Shown here: in pieces, positions 58,074-64,000 of the stretch
Numbering within the stretch: the stretch's first letter is position 1
Layout: each line of letters starts with the position of its first letter
NCBI GenBank assembly: GCA_026125895.1
Contig: JAHCKG010000018.1
Span: forward strand, 8,231 to 72,230
DNA length: 64,000 bases
Reading direction: 5' to 3'
Source: Pseudolabrys sp.
GTDB taxonomy: Bacteria > Pseudomonadota > Alphaproteobacteria > Rhizobiales > Xanthobacteraceae
Program-made: the position numbers and the translations under genes
The notes under the pieces: generated by a model
Seen by the model: only the letters and a program-made list of their open reading frames with translations
The model's database searches: none
Told to the model about the DNA's origin: nothing

Positions 58074-58868
58074 GTGAGCGAACGACCGGGCCCGCTTCCG
58101 GGTTCCATGCCGGACCGTCTGCCGGAAAATGCCCCGCCGGCCGCCGATTTCCACGCCGGACGCGTGGGAAAGGAACTCCTGCGCCGGATTCGGGCGGGAA
58201 CTCTGGCCACTTTGGACCGGAATACCGGGCACCCCTTCGCTTCGCTGGTGAACGTCGGCACCGACGCTGACGGTTCCCCCGTCATCCTGATCTCACGGCT
58301 GTCCACCCATACCGCCAACCTTGAGGCCGATGGGCGCGCTTCGGTGCTGCTGGCCGAAACCGGAAAGGGCGACGCTCTGACGCATCCGCGGCTGACCGTG
58401 CTCGGGCGATTTGCCGCGGTCGCGCGCGAGGCGGCCGACGAGGCGCGGCTGCGCCGGCGCTTCCTGGCGCATCACCCCAAGGCGCAGCTGTATGCCGGCT
58501 TCGCCGACTTCGCCTTCTGGCGCATGCAGGTCGAAGCCGCGCATCTCAATGGCGGCTTCGCGCGCGCCGCGGATCTCACCGCCGCTGACATTCTCACCGA
58601 CATCGCCGACGCGCAGGACCTGATCGACGCCGAGGAGGGCGCCGTCGCCCACATGAACGACGATCATGGCGACGCGCTCAATCTCTATGCGGTGAAACTC
58701 TGCGGCGCGCCGAGCGGCGTGTGGCGCTGCACCGGCATCGATCCCGACGGTCTCGATCTCGCCAACGGCCCGCTCGCGGTGCGGCTGATGTTTCCGCAGC
58801 GGGTGACCGATGCGGCGGGCTTGCGCCGCGTCCTCAGGCAATTGGCGGAGCAAGCGCGCGCCGGCTGA
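58074..58868 (+). CDS. HugZ/pyridoxamine 5'-phosphate oxidase-like protein with DUF2470 domain
   Basis: GHPFASLV, LIS.LS.HT.NL, HLNGGF.RA, HMN.DH, GIDPDG.D; start may be 58107. Confidence 0.85.
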   Translation: MSERPGPLPGSMPDRLPENAPPAADFHAGRVGKELLRRIRAGTLATLDRNTGHPFASLVNVGTDADGSPVILISRLSTHTANLEADGRASVLLAETGKGDALTHPRLTVLGRFAAVAREAADEARLRRRFLAHHPKAQLYAGFADFAFWRMQVEAAHLNGGFARAADLTAADILTDIADAQDLIDAEEGAVAHMNDDHGDALNLYAVKLCGAPSGVWRCTGIDPDGLDLANGPLAVRLMFPQRVTDAAGLRRVLRQLAEQARAG

Positions 58869-58995
58869 TCGCTGCGGGCAACCGCCCATCATCCCGCCGT
58901 CGACGCATGGCCTCATGCGGTAATGAAGGATTGCGCCGGCGGCTGGCATGGCGTCACACTCGCCGCCTCGAACAAGACATGTCAGGGGCGAAACG

Positions 58996-60018
58996 ATGCG
59001 CAAAATCTTCCTCTCTCTCATGCTGTCGTTGATCGCCCTGCCGGCCGTGGCCGCCGAGCCGCTCGTCCTGCGCGGCATGGGCTCGTTTCACGTCGGCGGC
59101 CGCATCGCCGAAGTGAGCGGCAAGGAAACGCGCACGATCACGCGCGTGCCGGGCGGGCCGCCATCGAAATACGATCCGAACGGCCAGTTCATGGTCGAGC
59201 AGATGTATGTGCAGTATTTCCTGCCGCAAAACCGCAAGAGCAAGCTGCCGCTCTTGATGTGGCACGGCGGCGGCTTGACCGGCGTGTCGTTCGAAACGAC
59301 GCCGGACGGCCGCGAAGGCTGGCTCAACATGTTCGTGCGCAAGGGGTGGGACGTCTATGTGTCCGACGCCGTCGAGCGCGGCCGCTCGGGCTTTGCCTCG
59401 CAAGACATCTGGCCGTCGGAGCCGGCTTTCCTGAACTACAAGGATCCCTACGAGCGCTTCCGCATCGGCCAGGGCGAAGGTTCGTGGAACGCCGATCCGG
59501 CCAAGCAGCGTCCGATACCGGGCACGCAGTTTCCGGTCGAGGCTTATGAAAATTTCATGAAGCAGGCGGTGCCGCGCTGGCTGTCCACCGACGACGCGAT
59601 CATCGCCGCCTATGTCGCGCTGGTGGACAAGATCTGTCCGTGTGTCGTGCTGATGCACAGCCAGGGCGGCTCCTTCGGCTTCAAGGTCGCCGAGAAGCGG
59701 CCCGACAAGTTCAAGGCCATCGTTGCCGTCGAGTCGGCGTCCGCCGGCGTCATCGCCAATGCGCCGGCTCTGAAATCAATTCCGGTGCTCATGCTGTTCG
59801 GCGATCACGTCGATGCGCACCCGCGCTGGGCTGCCTACAAGAAGATCGATGTCACCTATGCCGATGCGATCCGCGCCGCCGGGGGCAAGGTCGATGTCGT
59901 CTCGCTGCCGGATGTCGGCATCACCGGCAACTCGCACATGTTGATGATGGAGAAGAACAACGCCGCCATCGCCGACTTGATCGACACGTGGCTGGTGAAG
60001 CAGGGGATGGCCGAGTGA
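58996..60018 (+). CDS. Secreted alpha/beta hydrolase (esterase-like)
   Basis: Signal peptide, QMYVQY, WHGGG, TPDGREGW, HSQGG, GNSHM. Confidence 0.85.
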   Translation: MRKIFLSLMLSLIALPAVAAEPLVLRGMGSFHVGGRIAEVSGKETRTITRVPGGPPSKYDPNGQFMVEQMYVQYFLPQNRKSKLPLLMWHGGGLTGVSFETTPDGREGWLNMFVRKGWDVYVSDAVERGRSGFASQDIWPSEPAFLNYKDPYERFRIGQGEGSWNADPAKQRPIPGTQFPVEAYENFMKQAVPRWLSTDDAIIAAYVALVDKICPCVVLMHSQGGSFGFKVAEKRPDKFKAIVAVESASAGVIANAPALKSIPVLMLFGDHVDAHPRWAAYKKIDVTYADAIRAAGGKVDVVSLPDVGITGNSHMLMMEKNNAAIADLIDTWLVKQGMAE

Positions 60019-60292
60019 GGGGCGCGCGCGGGTAGCGCTTTGCCGCTCTGCATCATTGATCAGTCATCATATGACTCATCAAATTCCGTGAAACCCGACC
60101 GCGGTCGGCCGCGTTTAAGCCCTTGATGCAGTGCAACGCGGGCCGTTCATAATGCATGGCATTTGATCTTGGCATTCACATTCTTGATGACTATGGTCGC
60201 CGCCTTACCAGGTCACTCGACGAAAGTCGTATCGGAATTCAGGCCGTATCGGCCGCGGCGGCGCGTTTTCCGCCGGATGGGGAGAGCATAGC

Positions 60293-61915
60293 GTGCAAGA
60301 AACGGGTGTACGGAACGCCGCCTACGGCGCCGACAAATTCGGTTTCACCGGGCTTAAAGGCGTCAACTGGAACCTTACCGAGCCCAAGCTCTACGAACAT
60401 GCCCTTCTGAACGGCGAGGCGACGATCGTCGCCGGCGGCGCGCTCTGCGCCGAAACCGGCCATCACACCGGCCGATCGCCGAAGGACAAGCATACCGTTG
60501 AAGACGACCTGACGCGCGATGTGCTGTGGTGGGACGGCAATCGCAAGATGTCGAAGGCGAACTTCGACACGCTGCTCGCCGACTTCCAGGCGCACTGCAA
60601 GGGCAAGTCGCTGTTCGCGCAGGACCTCGTTGGCGGCGCCGATCCGTCGCACTGCATCAAGGTGCGCGTCTTCACCGAACTCGCCTGGCACTCGCTGTTC
60701 ATCCGCCAGCTGCTCATCCGCCCCGAGCGCGCGGCGCTCGCCGGCTTCGTGCCCGAGATGACCATCGTCGATCTGCCGTCGTTCAAGCCGGACGCCAAGC
60801 GTCACGGCGGCCGCGAAGGCTCCGACACGATGGTGGCGATCGATTTCACCCGCAAGATCGTGCTGATCTGCGGCTCGTCCTACGCCGGCGAAATGAAGAA
60901 GTCGGTGTTCACGACGCTGAACTTCTACCTGCCGGCCAAGGGCGTCATGCCGATGCACTGCTCGGCCAACGTCTCGAAGGACGGCAAGGAGAGCGCACTG
61001 TTCTTCGGCCTGTCCGGCACCGGCAAGACCACTCTGTCGGCCGACCCGCACCGCATCCTGATCGGCGACGACGAGACCGGCTGGGGCGACGACGGCATCT
61101 TCAATTTCGAGGGCGGCTGCTACGCCAAGACTGTGAAGCTGTCCAAAGAAAACGAGCCGATGATCTGGGACGCCACCAACCGCTTCGGTTCGGTGCTGGA
61201 GAACGTCGGATTCGATCCCGACACGCGCGTGCCGGATTACGACGACATCTCCAAGACCGAGAACACCCGCTCGGCTTATCCGCTCGATTTCATTCCGAAC
61301 GCCTCGCGCACCGGCCGCGCGCCGAGCCCGAAGAACATCATCTTCCTCACCGCCGACGCCTTCGGCGTGATGCCGCCGGTCGCCAAGCTCACCCCCGAGC
61401 AGGCGATGTATCACTTCCTGTCGGGTTACACCGCGAAGGTCGCCGGCACCGAGAAGGGTCTGGTCGGGGTGCAGCCGGAATTCTCGACCTGCTTCGGCTC
61501 GCCGTTCCTGCCGCGGCATCCGTCGGTCTATGCCGACTTGCTCAAGGAATACATCAACAAGCACAAGGTCGATGTCTGGCTGGTCAACTCAGGCTGGACC
61601 GGCGGCATCTACGGCGTCGGTCGCCGCATGCCGATCAAGGCGACGCGCACGCTGGTGACGGCCGCGCTCAACGGTTCGCTGAAGGATGCCGATTTCCGCA
61701 CCGATCCGTATTTCGGCTTCTCGGTGCCGACTTCGGTGCCGGGCGTCGAGCCGCACCTGCTCAATCCGTTCAAGACCTGGAAGGACAAGGCCGCGTTCGA
61801 CAAGACGGCGCGCGAGCTGGTCGGCATGTTCCAGAAGAACTTCGAGAAATACGAAAAGCACGTCTCGCCCGACATCCGCGCCGCCGCGCCGGAAGTGAAG
61901 ATCGCGGCGGAGTAA
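60293..61915 (+). CDS. pckA: Phosphoenolpyruvate carboxykinase (ATP)
   Basis: [46 protein letters not shown]. Confidence 0.97.
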   Translation: MQETGVRNAAYGADKFGFTGLKGVNWNLTEPKLYEHALLNGEATIVAGGALCAETGHHTGRSPKDKHTVEDDLTRDVLWWDGNRKMSKANFDTLLADFQAHCKGKSLFAQDLVGGADPSHCIKVRVFTELAWHSLFIRQLLIRPERAALAGFVPEMTIVDLPSFKPDAKRHGGREGSDTMVAIDFTRKIVLICGSSYAGEMKKSVFTTLNFYLPAKGVMPMHCSANVSKDGKESALFFGLSGTGKTTLSADPHRILIGDDETGWGDDGIFNFEGGCYAKTVKLSKENEPMIWDATNRFGSVLENVGFDPDTRVPDYDDISKTENTRSAYPLDFIPNASRTGRAPSPKNIIFLTADAFGVMPPVAKLTPEQAMYHFLSGYTAKVAGTEKGLVGVQPEFSTCFGSPFLPRHPSVYADLLKEYINKHKVDVWLVNSGWTGGIYGVGRRMPIKATRTLVTAALNGSLKDADFRTDPYFGFSVPTSVPGVEPHLLNPFKTWKDKAAFDKTARELVGMFQKNFEKYEKHVSPDIRAAAPEVKIAAE

Positions 61916-61922
61916 CTTCTTC

Positions 61923-61974
61923 ACCCTCCCCCTCCAGGAGAGGGTAAAGGGCGGCCGCAAGGGCCGCCCTTTTT
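61923..61974 (+). terminator. Family E half-unit followed by the pckA intrinsic terminator
   Basis: accctccccctccaggagagggt, then aaagggcggcc-gcaag-ggccgcccttttt. Confidence 0.75.
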
Positions 61975-61983
61975 GTTGATGAG

Positions 61984-62226
61984 TTACCAGCCGGGCTCGT
62001 AGCGCGGATTGACCGACACGCGGTCATAGAGCGGCGAGGTCCGCAAGGTACGGATCAGCGCCATGGTGCGCGCGCATTCCTGACGCAGCTCTTCGAGCGA
62101 ATGGTCGATCGCGGCGCGAAACGTGTCGTGCCTCGCGGCGATGGCGACCGCGCCCTCGACGCGTTCGAGAAGCTCGTTGCGGCGGGCGAGGTTCGGCGCG
62201 TGGCTGCTCGGCGCGGAAGCGGACAT
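61984..62226 (-). CDS. Small helical hypothetical protein
   Basis: 80-aa ORF filling the gap, GC3 bias, TTAACCAT about 45 nt upstream. Confidence 0.55.
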   Translation of the reverse strand: MSASAPSSHAPNLARRNELLERVEGAVAIAARHDTFRAAIDHSLEELRQECARTMALIRTLRTSPLYDRVSVNPRYEPGW

Positions 62227-62296
62227 GGCTGCTCTTTGACCGGGGTCGGGAGCGCCACTGTGGAACTCGTATGGTTAATAAATTCTGACCGGGCGG

Positions 62297-63139
62297 TTAC
62301 AGCCCGTGCGTGCGCGGATAGGCATTGCGCGCCGGCGATTGCCAGCCGGAAAGGCTGCCGTCGGCCGGTTTGAACACTTCCACCTTCAGCGGATGGCAGG
62401 CCGCGGTGTCGCTCGAATGCTCGCTGCCGCAATCGCCGCCGGGGCAGGCCGACAACGCACCGAGAAGGTCGATCTCGGCAAAGAACTCGATGTAGTCGCC
62501 GGGCCGCACGGGGCTCGCCTTCATGAAGTACTGATGCGTATCGAGCGTGAAGCCGGTGCACATGAAGACATTGAGCACGTCGTGCACGTGCATCTCGGCC
62601 TCGCGCACATCCATGTTGCGCGCCGATGCCAGTGCGCGCGTCAGGTTGGAGTGGCAGCAGTAATGATAGTCGCCGCCCGACAGCAGCCGGTGGGTATAGG
62701 GATCGCAGCGCGTGCCGATGACGTCGTGGACGCCGCCGCCGTCGGCGTCGAAGCCGTACCAGCCGAGCGTGTCATGAGTGATGGTGGCAAGCGGCCGCAG
62801 ATTCGGCAGCGTGCTCCACAGCCGGTTGCCGGTGGTGACGTGCGTGGCATGCAGCGCCCGCGTCTTGCCGCTGAAGAAGCGCTCCGACAGGTCGTGCGCG
62901 TTCCACAGGTTGAGATCGCCGACCTGTGGTCCTTCGATCGAGACGATGCGAAAGAAATGCCCAGCCGGTACCTCGAAGGTGCGGGCATCGCGCGGTGGCA
63001 CGACGACCTCGGACACCTTGGTCAGCGCCCCGCGCGCCCGTTCGAGCGTCGCCATGTCCGGCTGCGGCAGCGTCTCGACCGGATAGCAGACGACCGCCTG
63101 TCTGGCGCGTCGCTGTGCGGCGTCGGCGGGTTCGGACAC
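62297..63139 (-). CDS. DUF1989 / urea carboxylase-associated family protein
   Basis: EGPQVGDLNLW, HDVIGTRCDPY, CHSNL, LNVFM, SACP.GD. Confidence 0.88.
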   Translation of the reverse strand: MSEPADAAQRRARQAVVCYPVETLPQPDMATLERARGALTKVSEVVVPPRDARTFEVPAGHFFRIVSIEGPQVGDLNLWNAHDLSERFFSGKTRALHATHVTTGNRLWSTLPNLRPLATITHDTLGWYGFDADGGGVHDVIGTRCDPYTHRLLSGGDYHYCCHSNLTRALASARNMDVREAEMHVHDVLNVFMCTGFTLDTHQYFMKASPVRPGDYIEFFAEIDLLGALSACPGGDCGSEHSSDTAACHPLKVEVFKPADGSLSGWQSPARNAYPRTHGL

Positions 63140-63149
63140 GCGGGCGCTC

Positions 63150-64000
63150 CTAGTGATGCGCTTCCATGAAGCTGGCGATCTCGGCGATGGCGTCGAGCGA
63201 CTTCGGCAGCAGCTTGGGCCGCGATACGAAGCCGTGCATCTGCCCCGGAAAGCGCGACACGGTGACGGCGACGCCTTCGTCCTTCAGGCGCGCCGCATAG
63301 GCATCGCCTTCGTCATAGAGCGGGTCGTAGCCGGCGAGGATGACGAGCGCCGGCGGCAGGCCCTTCAGGCTCGACGCGTATAGCGGTGAGCAGCGCCAGT
63401 CGCGGCGCTGGCTCACGTCGGGCACATACTTCTCGATGAAGTCGCGCATGCCGCCATTGTTGAGCGCAACGCCCTTCTCGAAACGCTCGTCGTATTCGAA
63501 CGTCAGGTCGACGATCGGATAGGTCAGGATCTGCGCCCGCAATTTGATCTTGCCTTCGTCGCGCAGCGCCAGCGCGACCGTGGCGGCGAGATTGCCGCCG
63601 GCCGAGTCGCCGCCGACCGTCATGCGCGCCGGATCGATGTTGAGCAAACCGGCATTGGCCGCCACCCATTTGGTCGCCGCCACCGCATCGTCATAGGCGG
63701 CGGGAAACGTGTGCTCCGGCGCCAGGCGATAATCGACGCTGACGACCGCGCAGTTCGCCGCATTGGCGACGGCGCGGCAGACCCAGTCGTGGCTGTCGAG
63801 ATCGCCGATGACCCAGCCGCCGCCATGGAAATAGACCTGCACCGGCAGGGCGTCGCCGGTCAGCGTCGAGGTACCGCGATAATAGCGCACCGGGATCGGG
63901 CCGCCTTTGCCCGGCACCTGATACTCGCGCACGCTGGCGACATGCGGCAGATCTGGCTGATTGAACGGTCGCGCGCGGCGCATGCCTTCGCGCGCCGCTT
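63150..64000 (-). CDS. Alpha/beta hydrolase, HSL/Aes esterase family (5' end beyond the window)
   Basis: HGGGW, DYRLAPEH.FP, GDSAGG, DPL, HGF. Confidence 0.92.
   Translation of the reverse strand, partial: AAREGMRRARPFNQPDLPHVASVREYQVPGKGGPIPVRYYRGTSTLTGDALPVQVYFHGGGWVIGDLDSHDWVCRAVANAANCAVVSVDYRLAPEHTFPAAYDDAVAATKWVAANAGLLNIDPARMTVGGDSAGGNLAATVALALRDEGKIKLRAQILTYPIVDLTFEYDERFEKGVALNNGGMRDFIEKYVPDVSQRRDWRCSPLYASSLKGLPPALVILAGYDPLYDEGDAYAARLKDEGVAVTVSRFPGQMHGFVSRPKLLPKSLDAIAEIASFMEAHH

Overview
A high-GC chromosomal window from an alphaproteobacterium, probably Hyphomicrobiales (inferred from the pckA-chvI-chvG-hprK-EIIA-HPr-ahcY synteny, the pgeF/lipoprotein pair and Rhizobiales-type REP repeats). 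It holds about 60 CDSs. These cover housekeeping genes (lepA, trpS, ahcY, pckA, chvIG, modABC, csaA, grxC, pgeF), transporters (BacNav-type channel, TRAP, two K+/H+ antiporters, polyamine-type ABC), cell-wall and envelope genes (mepA, two L,D-transpeptidases, GT2-GtrA/GT39/GT87) and catabolic enzymes. I saw no rRNA, tRNA, CRISPR array, integrase or transposase. At least five families of palindromic REP-like repeats occupy the intergenic gaps. Best leads: (1) a small GIY-YIG nuclease gene sitting inside a REP doublet whose gene-less counterpart lies 37 kb away, a candidate autonomous/non-autonomous repeat-mobilising system; (2) an unannotated Trp-Trp leader peptide with alternative hairpins in front of an atypical trpS; (3) a four-gene operon of two unknown proteins, a VOC protein and an ABC1/UbiB kinase; (4) an AT-richer membrane-protein gene whose RBS is locked in a hairpin; (5) a NavAb-like channel with a TLEDWPGG filter; (6) a signal-less BtuF-like protein paired with a solitary S-component-like protein. 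All family calls come from motif recognition, not database searches. Several start codons were moved relative to the ORF track.
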